Assembly: GCA_013239625.1 (NCBI GenBank)
Contig: MU053379.1
Span: 692,490 to 756,489 of the forward strand
Direction: 5' to 3'
Source: Lama guanicoe
Lineage: Eukaryota
DNA: 64,000 nucleotides
The translations under genes and the position numbers were made by a program. Below are positions 35,985 through 47,600 of the stretch, in pieces. The stretch's first letter is position 1. Every line of letters begins with the position of its first letter. The notes under the pieces are model-generated. The model worked only from the letters and a program-made list of their open reading frames with translations. It was not told where the DNA came from and ran no database searches.

Positions 35985-36909
35985 TCTGAAATCTAAAGTT
36001 TTATTGGTGTGAAACTATAAATTCTTATTGGCCAAATGCCTGTTTTGATGAGTTGGCTTGTAAAGATTTTTGTTAAGCTCATGATTTTTAAATAACGCAG
36101 TTCACAAAACTGTACAAGGCCCTACGGAGAGAACTGTTGCATCTTTGTTAACGTCAGCAGTTACTTTGTTTCTTTTGCTTAAAGAGTTGATCATAATCTG
36201 GTTATAATTTTGGTCCCAATTCTTTATTCTCTGCTAAACTAAATTGAAGAATGGAAAGTAATTCTCCTCATTAACAGCACTGATAGACTAACTACAGGAA
36301 GATTAAGTCAGGCGGCCCCTTGATTCTACTAGACACGCCACGAGGCTGCCTGGAAACTGCGTACGCTTAGAACCAGCAGCGCTCATCTTTGCAAAGCACG
36401 ATTTCACGCACGTGGTTGGAACACAGGAAGCAGCTCCCGCATCTGCGGTGAGCTGTCCCCTCACTGGTCCGGAGGCTGTTCCGAGAGTGATCTCGCACCT
36501 TGGAAATCAGGAGACTCTGCACTGTCTTGTAACAACTAATTGTAATGCAAATTAGGGCTCCGTTGTAACACACTTTGTTAATGAAAACGGTTAAGATGCT
36601 ATATTGACAAACGGGAACACCCGTGATGTCTTTAATTATGTCTCCTTCGGAACTTTGTTGCTTCTGATTCCATAAGGTGTGGAAGAACATTACGTACGTT
36701 TACTCTGGGGCCTGGGAGAACGTGATTTCCTAGAGCAGTTTGCCGACTGCATGTGAGGCGGGGAGCAGGTGTGATGGACGACACCCACAGGAGGCCACTG
36801 CCCAATGACACTTGGAAGAGATTGTCTTTAACACCACAGGCGTAACACTTTGAACAATATAGAGATGCACGAACAGTTGAGTTTAGAAGTAGCAGTACTG
36901 GCTTTATGT

Positions 36910-36915
36910 AATAAA
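36910..36915 (+). terminator. DSTN distal polyadenylation signal AATAAA
   Basis: tatgtAATAAA with overlapping TGTA, followed by GT-rich gtgtgatttattcatgtgtg. Confidence 0.7.
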
Positions 36916-39900
36916 GGAAGCATTTTTAACTTCTCCCGTGTGATTTATTCATGTGTGAACCCGGGGGTAAAGGGTTTGCCTTCTATATATGGGGTAAGTT
37001 GGGGAGATTTGGATATTTTGGACAATTAGAGTTAAGGTCACTGCTCCCTCCTCTAAACAAACAACTCGGGAGTCTTTCTCTCATTCCAAATGTTTATTTG
37101 AATGCCAGGCTTTTATCTCCTCTCTGATTTATTTGGGAGGCAAAAAGGTTATGTTTTGATCAAAGTGCTGCTTTGGAAACTAGAAGATAGTGCAGGGTAC
37201 TGTGCACTGATAAGCTGCTTGTCATCGTTCCTCCCTGAATCTGTTTTCTCTACTGCCAAGCAGTGCTTTTAGTGAATATATTAACAGGCCCCGAGAAGCG
37301 TTGTGGGCCCAACCAAGACCGCCCTTCTCAAGAATCAGCCTTTGTAGGTGCAGCCAGGAGTCTGAGAAGGCAGCCGTCTTTTCTGTGGTTTCAGCTCGTG
37401 ACGTGTGGCACCACTTGTGTAACCACCCTCCAGGCAGTGGAGGTGGGGGGGTGGCGAGGGGGGAGGGTGGGAGCGGCTCACAGGTGTGTAGCACAGTGTA
37501 AACATCTCCCAGCACGCCACTGACCCCAGAAGTTGTGAAATGCTGATGGTTAACTCACTTCTCCGCCTAGGGGAACTTCTGAGTCTTTTTGGATTCCTGA
37601 GGTTGGGGCCCAAGCATCCTGCTAACAAGCTCTCCAGGTCATTCTGATGCAGAATGAGAGTTCTGAGACCTCAGCTGACACTGGTGAGGAATAAAACTGC
37701 AGGTGCACTCTGCCTTCAGCACCCTGACGCCTTTCCAAGCGTTAACACGTTACCAATCTGTTCATGGAAAGCTGGCTTAGGGTTCATTTAATAATTACTC
37801 TTGCCCTGAGGAAGCAGCCACTGCTAACAAAAATTCAGCTTAACTGTGAAGTTTGTTATTTCAGGGCATATTAATCTCTGAGAATACAGTGAACACAGTG
37901 ACTCGAGTAATAGGATTAGACTTAGGCCAGTGGTTTCCTTTTTCAGATCTCCCTGGAGGGCTGGCTGGTCCATTCACAGGAAGTGCAGCTTCTGTTTCTT
38001 GATGGGTCTTTGCCCTTCAGAGTGTCAGACTGGATGTGCCCAAGGACACATCACTTTGTCATGATTTGGTGCATTTCTGAAATATGGAAACAGTCTCCAG
38101 ACCAAGTTCCAGCCGGGCTCCAGCTGGAAGAAGGGTCACTGTATGGTGGCTGGGAGGAGGATGGTCCAGGAGCCTGGGTTTTGGTGGGAGGAGCTGTGTT
38201 TGGCCAGCCCGTGCGCTCCTTGGGTTCCCCCTGGGCCCAGAGGGGTGGCGGGGGGAGGGGAGGGGCTTACTGAGCCCACAGCCAGTGCCTTGGTAACCCA
38301 CCCAGAGAGGTAAAGTAACTTGCCCAAGGTCACACAGCTCATGGGCTGCACAGCTGGGCAGCTTGGGTCTCGTTTTCTGGTCCTGAGCTGTTCCCGTCAC
38401 ACCCCTGGCGAGTTCACTTCTGACCTCTGGATTCTGAGCTAGGTTTTGTTGCGTGCCAGGGATGAGACCTGAATTGGAGAGGGAAGGAAAACACCACCGT
38501 CCTTTTGGGCTTTAAGTCGTTTTAGGCCCGAACCTGCAGGAAGCTCAGGGAGAAGGCATTTGTGGAGTGTCTAGCGGTTTCTAGAATCTTGAGTTTTCTG
38601 CCCTGCAGGCCGGGCATCCCGATGATTGTCCACTTTACTGAACAGCATGCAGAGGTGACCAGAGGAAACTAGTGCGGGAGGCCCCCGCCAGCTTTCTGGG
38701 TGGGGCTTCCAGGTCTGGAGGGGCTGTCAGTGGGCCATGTGACCCCAGAGTTTTAGGTCCACCCGGGGAGCCTCTGAAGGGAGGGGTTCAGCCTGGATCT
38801 CAGAACTCCCACAGCTCTGCTGTTGGTCCGAGATGCAGCAACTCCGAGCCCAGCCTGGGGGCTTTGAACTTCATTCCCAGGGACTACAAAAGCTGGTTCC
38901 TAGGTGCCGCTCCATTTGCAGGACCGGGAGCTGTGAAAGACCAGAAAGATGCGCCCGGCTCCCGGGGTGTCTGCACCGTTGCAGACACCACCACATTGTA
39001 GAGAAACCACAAGGGGCCTCTCAGTCTCTGATGCTGGACGCTGGCGAGGGTGGCTGCCTGCAGCTCTCTCCTTCCCCAGCCTGAGGGTGGAACCTGGCCC
39101 AGGAACAGCGAGGCCCATGGGCGCCCCCTGCCGGCGCAGGAGCTGCCACCGCTGAGCCTTGGGGCTGCTCAGCCCAGCCGGACAGGCGGGGAGGGCGGGC
39201 CTCAGAGCTTCAGCCGCAGGAGCCTCCAGGTCAGATCCGTGGGGCCTCCTGTGCTGCACCTGCCTTTGACCTCCTCCCCACAGGGGACACTGGGCCCCAC
39301 CAGGTGGTCGAGGAGGGACCCAAAGGCAGCAGCTCAGGGTCTCTTGTACCTTTCTCTGGGGTCCCCCACCCGTATTCCTGTGCCTGCAGAGGGCTTCTCC
39401 CCAGCATGAGGGGTCTCAGTTCTACAGCCAGTGGGGCAAGGGGAGGGGAGCTCACTGGAGATGCAGGCTCCCAGGCCGATGGTGGCCACTCTGATGCAGG
39501 AGTCCGGGCTCGGGGCATGGTGCTGGCCTGTTTCCCACCAGGAAACGGGGCCGCAAACCACTGACCATGCAGGAGGATGAGTTTTGGGCCCCACTCCACC
39601 GTGCACCGTGCAGGGCCCACCGGAGCACAGCGAGGCACAGCCCATCGCGACCACGCAAACCAGACCCTCCAGCCGCCGCCCCAGGCCTCCTGATGCCCTC
39701 CTGGGTGTTTGCTAGAGGTGGGGCTGCAGCCTCCCTGCCCTGTACCAGGTGGGCTACTCCCTGCTGTGGGGACTCCGCAAGTGTGGCTGCGTCAGGTGTG
39801 ACGCGTCACTTCCTCCTGCTCAGTCTCCAGCCAGAAACCACTGCCTGGATCCCACATCCCGCGGGGGCCCCCTCCAGAGAAGAATGGTACTTCAGTGACC

Positions 39901-41130
39901 CCTGCTGCCTTCCCTGTCCAGACCTTTTATGCCCTTCGTAACCCAGCTCCTCAAGGCTTTCTTGCCCCGCCCCTGCCACCACCTCCAGCCCATCACAGGT
40001 CTGTGCCTCTGCACCACTGTCCCCTCAGCCTTGACCCTTCTTCCCTCCTGACAAACGTCTCTTCTGCTGAGCTCCAGCTCATGCTCACATCTCTGGGGAG
40101 CCTTCCCAGAATTCCCAGCACCCTGATCCCAACACAGCCACAACACACCAGTGCCACACAGTGTGTGTGGTCGGGCGGCCCATGGACCAAGTGGTCCCTG
40201 CAAGCCAGGGCCAGGTCTTGGTCACGCAGACCGAGGCCAGCACCGCCCGGCCCGCGGCAGCTGCTCACATGTGGGGCCGAAGGTGCCCGGAGGACACAGG
40301 GTGCTGCAATCCCCCTCCCGTGACAAACCGCCCTGGGGAGGCGTCAGCCCCAGCAGCAGGGGGCATGGGCCGCACAGAGGTCCCGGGAGGTGGAGAACCT
40401 AACTCCAAGACCACCCTTCCCTGGGTGCTGCCCTCCCTCCTGTTTGGCCGCACCTGCCGTCGGGGTGCTTGTCTTCCCCCGGCTGAGTTCAGCCCCTCAG
40501 CCCCCAGCTCTCAGGAGTCTGAGTCTTGGGACTGAGCTGAAAGTAGACAGACTGGCTGGTGCTGCCCAGGGGCATCGGTCCGCTGATTCGCCTTCCCTGC
40601 TGGTGGTGCAACCACTCCTGCGACCCAACCTCTAAACCTGTCTTTTGCTTACACGCCAGGTTCCTTACAAAGACCCGAGCACACACCTGTTGACCAGTTT
40701 CTCTGGGGCCACCGAGCACAGTGGGTCTGATCTGAGGCTCACGGGAAGGTAAGGCAGCTGCCCCAGCCCTGGAGCAGCCCGCCTGAGGTGTGGACGTCTG
40801 CCTAGGTCCTGGCCAGAAGACAGAGGCCCCTTTGTTCGTTCCCGGAACTCACTTCACAGGACAGCCTCGGCCACCCACAGCCCCTTGGGGTGGGGGGTGC
40901 GGTCAGCGCATCCGGCCACCCCACCAGGTGTCACAGGCCCTGCTCCCTCATCCCGCCCAGTGGGTGCTAGGACCTGGGTGGCAGGACAGGGAAAGCAGTG
41001 GGACAGGGGACCCGGAACCACACCCGTTCTCTCCCTGAGGGAGCCCCTGGTCCCTCATCCCTGCCCAGCACCAGGTGTGGGAGCCCCGCAGGAGACCAGA
41101 CCAGACCGCAGTGCCGGGCGACATGTGGGT

Positions 41131-41136
41131 TTTAAT
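41131..41136 (-). terminator. Probable RRBP1 polyadenylation signal ATTAAA
   Basis: Plus-strand tttaat = ATTAAA on minus, about 490 nt after the stop. A weaker GATAAA variant lies at ~41424-41429. Confidence 0.6.
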
Positions 41137-41625
41137 GGATTTCACGTCTAGGAGGTCACATCAGTTCTGGTGTCAACTCCTTCCAGGGCTCAGGGCTGCT
41201 GCCTCACTGGGTTGTGACTCTCCAGTCTCAGCAGCCCACCCACCCACAAGACTGCCCACCGCCTGACCCCCGACCCCACAAGAGGCAAAACAATTGCACT
41301 GACTGACATACAGGTGCCCAGAGGTCCCGGCCTCCCCAGCACACACCCCGGGTCTGCCCCACAGCTGATGAGGGCTTTGGTGTCCGCTGGCCGGCGGTCC
41401 AGGGCTGGTCCTGGGGAATAGTGTTTATCAAATGTGACAAAGGTTCTCTTACAAACGGGGATCTGGAAGATCTATTTCTGGTGCTGAGACACTGTCGTCT
41501 CTGACGGCGTCTCAGATGCAAAGTCAGGCCCGGAGGACAACGCTGTGTCGGCTGGGTGGTTGACTTGTAGGAATGTGTAAGGCATTTTGGTAAGTGGAAC
41601 AATAACTTCTTTTTCCGCAGGAGAC

Positions 41626-41664
41626 TCAGACAGAGGTGCCCTCCTTTGAGCTGCCGCCATCCTC
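41626..41664 (-). CDS. RRBP1: RRBP1 last exon coding part (39 nt, stop TGA)
   Basis: EDGGSSKEGTSV*; ttttccacag| acceptor. Confidence 0.95.
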   Translation of the reverse strand, partial: EDGGSSKEGTSV

Positions 41665-44600
41665 CTGTGGAAAAGGACAGAGGGAGGGAGAGGCTGGGGC
41701 CAAGGAGCCCAGGGGAGCACGCGCCCCAGCTCCAAGGGCCCTCCCGTCCCTGCAGGTTAACCCTCCTAAACCACCCCAACGCCTCCAGAGAAGGCCGGCC
41801 CAGCCCACCACGTCTGGAGTCCCAGCGAGGACTCGCTCCAGGGGCTGGAGGAGACGCCCGAGGGCTCGGCGGGAGCGGAGGACACAGAGGAGAGCGAGGG
41901 CCCCAGGTCCGGCTGAGGACCCGGTGGCACTGGCTCAGGGGCAGCGCGGGCCCAACGTGAGGACCTGGGCTGGCAGCGGGGGTCAGAGGCGCGCTTCCCA
42001 CCCCGGGGACGCAGAAGGCCAGGTGCGGGCCCCCACCGTGGGCGGCACGGCCGGGCTGCCCAGCCCCCAGGCCTGGGTCGCGCTCCCCGGGAGTCCCAGG
42101 CGCCCTCCCCGCGCCGCGGGCAGGCCAGCGCACTCACTGCCTTGCCCAGCTGCTCCTGTAGCTTCTTCACGGTGTCCTTCTCCTTTGCCAGCTGCTCCTG
42201 GGTTGTCTTCAACAGCTCCTGTAGTTTGGTGGCAGCACGTCCCAGATCACTCGTCAGCTTCTTCTCTTTTTCTAGTCTCTCCTGTGGGGCAGAGGGTTGA
42301 AGGGGTCCAGCCTTTGCTGACGTGCAGCCGGAAGGCCACCTGGCCGTGCCCGTGCCCGTGGGCCCGACGCCGGGGGCCCTGAGGCCCTGAGGACGTGCCT
42401 CCTGGTCACAGGACGGCAGCGATGGCCCCAAGCAGGCAGCCCGTGAGCCGGTCAGGGCTGCGCCATCCACAGCGCTGCCAGGGTGCCGGGGATGCTCGGA
42501 CGCGCACAGTTCCACACGGCGCCCTGGGGACGGGCAGCGGCGGCACACGCCTGCCAGGTGGCAAGGGTGACGGAGGGACTGAGCTCCACTTCCGCTTAAA
42601 CAGCGGAGCTGACTAGTGGCTCCACGTGTGACACTGGTGACACCACCCTACTAGGCTCGACGCTGCACGAGGGGCTCCGAGGCTCCTCTCCCACCCTCCC
42701 CCCGGAGGGGCGGGGAGCCTGGGCAGGCGGCCCCCTCCTACCTTCAGCTGCGCAGCCTCCTCTGCTTCAGAGGACCCGAGGGGGCTGGTGTCGCGGAGCT
42801 TCTCCAGCTCCCCCTGCAGCCGACATGCCGAGTTCTGAGCCTTGGTGGAGAGAGGGCGGCGGGTCAGGGCGATTTGCCTCACGACCCTGACAAGCCTACT
42901 GGGGACGGGAGGGCACCCAGCATGATGGGACAACGGCTCGAGCCAACGGCCGGGACGAGCGGCCTGGACCGGACCCAGGCACACAGGAGGCAGGTGACCG
43001 ATGGCGCAGATGCCCTCGGTGGCTCCAGACCCTCATCCTCCTGCCTGGGCCGCCCCACGCCCCTGGCATCCTGACCCACAGAAGGCCCGACACTCGATAG
43101 GACACGGGCAGGGCCTGACCTCCTCAAACTCAGCTGTGAGCTTCTGCCGTCGTGCCTGCTCGTCCTCCAGGAGGGCTTCTGTCCGCTCCAGCTGCGTTTT
43201 CAGCTGTGGGCAAACACACTATCGGAACCTGCTGCAGGACGCTCGTGGGCGCCCAGGGCTCCGGGTCAGGCTGAGACCGGAACCTCACCTTCCAGCCGCT
43301 CCCCGGGCTCCCCCAGCTCTTCCCTGCCTCTGTCTGGCGGTGGGAGTGCCCACAGCCAGACCACTGGGTCATCTCCAAAGCTCCCCGCTGGGGGAGGTAG
43401 TGCCCCAGCTCCCGGTACAGGGCTGGTGTGGGTGAGAAGGACGCTGGTGGGACCCCTACTAAACTCGGGCGCCTCTGATGGGACCCATGGGACAGACACC
43501 CCTCAGCCCCGCGTGCCGGGCCCCACTCAGTGTTCCCACGAGGTGGCCAGGCCACCGCTGTCCAGGCACACTGGGCAGCAGCTACTTGGACCAGGGGTCT
43601 GGAGAGCAAGTGCCCCGCTAGTGCTGCCCCAGCAAAGGCCACAGTGGAAGACGGACCCCCGAGCCCAGTCCCTCCCGAGCACGCTGTTAGGATGGCGCCC
43701 CAGCCCCTCCGCGCCCTGGCTGCTACTCTGGGGCTTCCAGAACCCGGGGTCGGGGCAGGAAGGCAGGCAGTGGACGCTGCCAGTAGCCGGGGCTTAGCAG
43801 AACAGAGGCTGCCGTCCTTGTGCTCCAACTGGGGCGGAGGGGCCCGCGAGAGTGGTTAGTGACCGACATCTGGGGGCGGGCTCACCACCCTAACCTCGAC
43901 GGGGTCCTGCTCTGCTGGGGGGGCCTCTGGGGGGACAGCCGGGGACCCGGCTACATCACCATCCTCTACGTGGCTCTTCATCTCACTCAACTGCTGCCTG
44001 ACCTGAAACAGGGAGGGGTGGGTTGTGCAAATACACAGCTGGATGCCGGCACTCACGCACGGCCCCCCAGGAGGACCGCAGGCGTTCTCAGCAGCTGAAG
44101 CCCCCACGGGGGACCTGGGTTGATAACAGTGACCTGTGTCAGGCTCCCATACGGGTTCACTGGGGCAGGAGGGCCAGTGCCACAACCCCTCACCTGAGCC
44201 AAACTGAGGCCTAGGGAGCATGTGGTGCTCTGCTCCAAGGCCAGCCGGCACGGAGCCCTCCCCAGGGAGCCAGGGACCCCTGAGGGATGCAGCACACACA
44301 GAGCTAAGGAAGCCGAAGGGAGGAGAGGCGGCCGGCAGGCTCAGCACGGACAACACGGCCCATGCCCCACACCCCTTCTAGACACAGTCACTGTTCAGGG
44401 TCCTCCCGGAGTCTAGAGAAGATGCTGGGCGAAGCCTCTCATCTAGTAAGGTTCCCCAACCCTGGGCTCCATCGCTGGTGGCCCCTGAGCCCCCAGACCA
44501 AATTTGAAGGGGCAGCACTGTCACCCACGAAGCTTGGGTAAAGGTTCTGGGCAGGGCTCTGGGTGGGCCCTTGGCACAAGTGTGTGGGGCCTGCCCCCCG

Positions 44601-47600
44601 ACCTCCTTCCCTCCTGCCAACGGCCCTGAAAGTGATCGCCAAACTGCACAGGCCAGCGACGACCGGAAGCTCTGGGGCCCGGACCCACTGTGGACAACAG
44701 CTTTGGAGAGTGGCCCTCGGACTCAGCCAGAGTGTGTGCCCAACGCAGGGCCTGCTCAGCGGAGGCGGCTGTGGGACCGGACCGCCAGCCCCAAACACCA
44801 CACCTTCCAGGCCTCTCAGAAAACCAGACGCTTAAGTTCGGATCCAAAATCTCCCAATGTCTACATGTTAACCAATTCAAGGTTTTTAAAAAGCCTGTGC
44901 AGATCACCCAGCACGTGTCCGTGGCCTCACAGGCTGCTGCTTGCGGCCCAGCCCGAGCTGGGACTGGGACTGGGGAGGTCCCTCTCCTGTCAGGCTGGGC
45001 TGACCTTGTCAAAGAGCGGGGACCAGGATCACATGTCAAGGCTGAAAACCAGGAGAACCAGAGGCCCCTGCGCAGCTGGGGGACATCCGTACCTGCCCGC
45101 CCGCAGGCTTGACTGGACTGGGTGGGTCTAAGCCACTGCTGGGAGAGAAAGGACCCCAGTCCCACCAAGGGCCACAGGGTGGGGGGACCCCCAGCTCCCG
45201 GACCAGAGGCTGGGCTGCCCTAGGGGCTGGGAAGCAGAAGTGGGCACCGTGGTCCCGGCAGACTCGGGCCCAACTTGGACCATTGAAATAATGGGCAAGG
45301 AGCCTGCTCAGCAGCCTGGCCCCAGCCCTGAAGCGCGGACCCCCTCCACACAGCTGGCACGTGCACCCCACACACACCTGACCCCGCGTCACACGCCCGC
45401 CACACCGAGTTCACTCACCAGGGCAAGCTCACTGCTTTGTTTCTGGGCTTCACTCTTGGCTGCGTCCAGTTGAGACTGAGATTCTAATAGAAGTTGCCTC
45501 AACTTGGACAGAGAACAGACCCCGGTGATGGGGGGAAAGGAGAGAGAAAATCAGTTCCTTTGAGTCAGCAACTCAGCACCCCATCTTGTCCCCAGTGCCC
45601 AAGGACATGGTGGGGCGGTGCCGGGGGTGGAGCATCTGCTCTGAGGAGCCGGGAGGCCCGAGCGCAGTACACGACTATTTCCGGCCCTTGCAAATGTTTA
45701 CAGACCATCCTCTGCTAAATGAGGCCAAAAGTTTTAGATCAAACCAGAAGGGAGGGAGCTGGTTTGCTCCTTCTGCTTCCAAAGTCAGGAAACTCTGTCA
45801 GGTTTAAATGTGGACACCAGAGAGGGTGTCCCCACACCAGGTAGAGAATCCTGCTGCCAGGCTGACCTGGCTTCACCCCTGTCCGGTCCCCAGGGCGGCC
45901 TTTCTGCCACCTGCCCTGTGACACACTCATCAGCTGGTGGTCCCAGGCCTAAGGCACAAGCTCTCTGAGCAGGCTGCTGAGGAGAGGCCCCTCCAGGCCG
46001 GCCTGACGCGGCCGGGAGACTCACCCCCGCCACCTCCTGGGCGTAGCTCTGGCACTCGGCGCTGGCGGCCGCCATGTGCTTCTCCAGCTCGGCCTCTAGG
46101 TGTGAGGTGCGCTCCTTCACCTGGACACACGTGCACACACAAAGTGTCAGAGGCTCCAGCCACGCAGCAGGCGGGCCAGAGCCACAGGACGGGGAGACAG
46201 ACCGACAAGGCAGGCTGGCCCTGGGATAAGGGCTGAGAGGAGGCCTCGCCTCTCCTGGGCCAACAGAGGCCAGGCGGGCGTGAGCCCGGGCACCCCGACC
46301 CCAGCACCAGGTTTCCCTGTGAGGTGGGCGAAGGGGACCGGCTCCAAGGCCTGATGGGGGCGCCAGGCAGCCCCGCTTCACCAGGGCTGGGCCTGCCACC
46401 TCCCACCACCCCAAGGTCGTAAGGCTCATTAAGAAAAAGCTGGGCTGAGAGATCCAGAAGCTTCTCTAAGATACGTGGTCCTCGAGGGACAATGACTGAA
46501 GGAGCCTCTGGGGTGACCTCTGGGACAGGAGAGCCCCTCTGAACAGAGCCCCATGTACCTGATCTGAACTTTCGAGTTCTCCTTTCAGCTTCTCGACAAT
46601 CTCTTCAAGATGTTTCACTGTGACCCGTGACTACAAAGCAAAGGGACAGCCACTAAAGACAAGCGGTGGTGGGGCGGGGCTGTCCCCAGACGCGGCACCA
46701 TGTGTCCTAATGGACTGTCCTGAGGCCGAGCAGCCCAGGCCCCCCTCTCAGGAAGCCCAGGGGTGCCCACAGCCCCCAGGTGTGACCAGCAGCCTCCTCC
46801 TGGCATTCTGCAGTCACACTTCGTGTGATGTTACCAAAACCCAGCAGACATGATCCCCAAGTCACCCAGATAATCCCATCAGTGTTCCTGTGGATTTGAT
46901 GGAATTCCAACCCAGCCGCCTGACTAGAGTGAGTTAAGTTTGGATTCCCAGGGAAGGTGGGCCCTGGGGGACGCAGGGGCCGGCAGTACCTTCTGGAGCT
47001 CCTCCTCCGTGGCGCTCACCCGGGCCTTCCACACCTGCTCCTCCTCCTCCACGCTCTTCTGCAGGTCCTTGAGCATGCCCTCCTGCGGGACGTGGGCACT
47101 GAGCGGGGCCTTCCAGGGTCCCCTACACTGTACCCTCCTGCCCCCAAGGCTCCCACCGGGGACCACCTGGCTGCAATGCGGCTCCGCCCAGATCCCAATC
47201 CAGGGAGGAGGGTGGGCAGTCCTGCAGCAGGGCCCACTGGCTAGTGTGCAAAGAAGGCCACGAGGACTCTCATCTCTGATGGGTTTGCCACCAGCACTGG
47301 CCTCGAGGTCCCAGGAAAGGTGCACAGGACGGGGTGGTCAGAGCTGGAGGGCTGGACCGAGCATGGCTCTCGGAGCCACAGGAAAGTGGCTTTGAGCTGG
47401 TGTCGGCCACACGCTCACCTCTCCCTTCCCCAGACTGCTGCCACCGAGGCTGTCCACTACCCCGACCTCTAACCTGAGCACCTGACTCACCCCTTTTACG
47501 ACTCAGCCAAAGACAGGGGCCCAGAGAGGGGCAGAGAGACAGCGTTCCAGCCCACGGCCTCTCCCCACTGGCCTCCCGCCTTCAGCCCCGGGGAGCCCTG

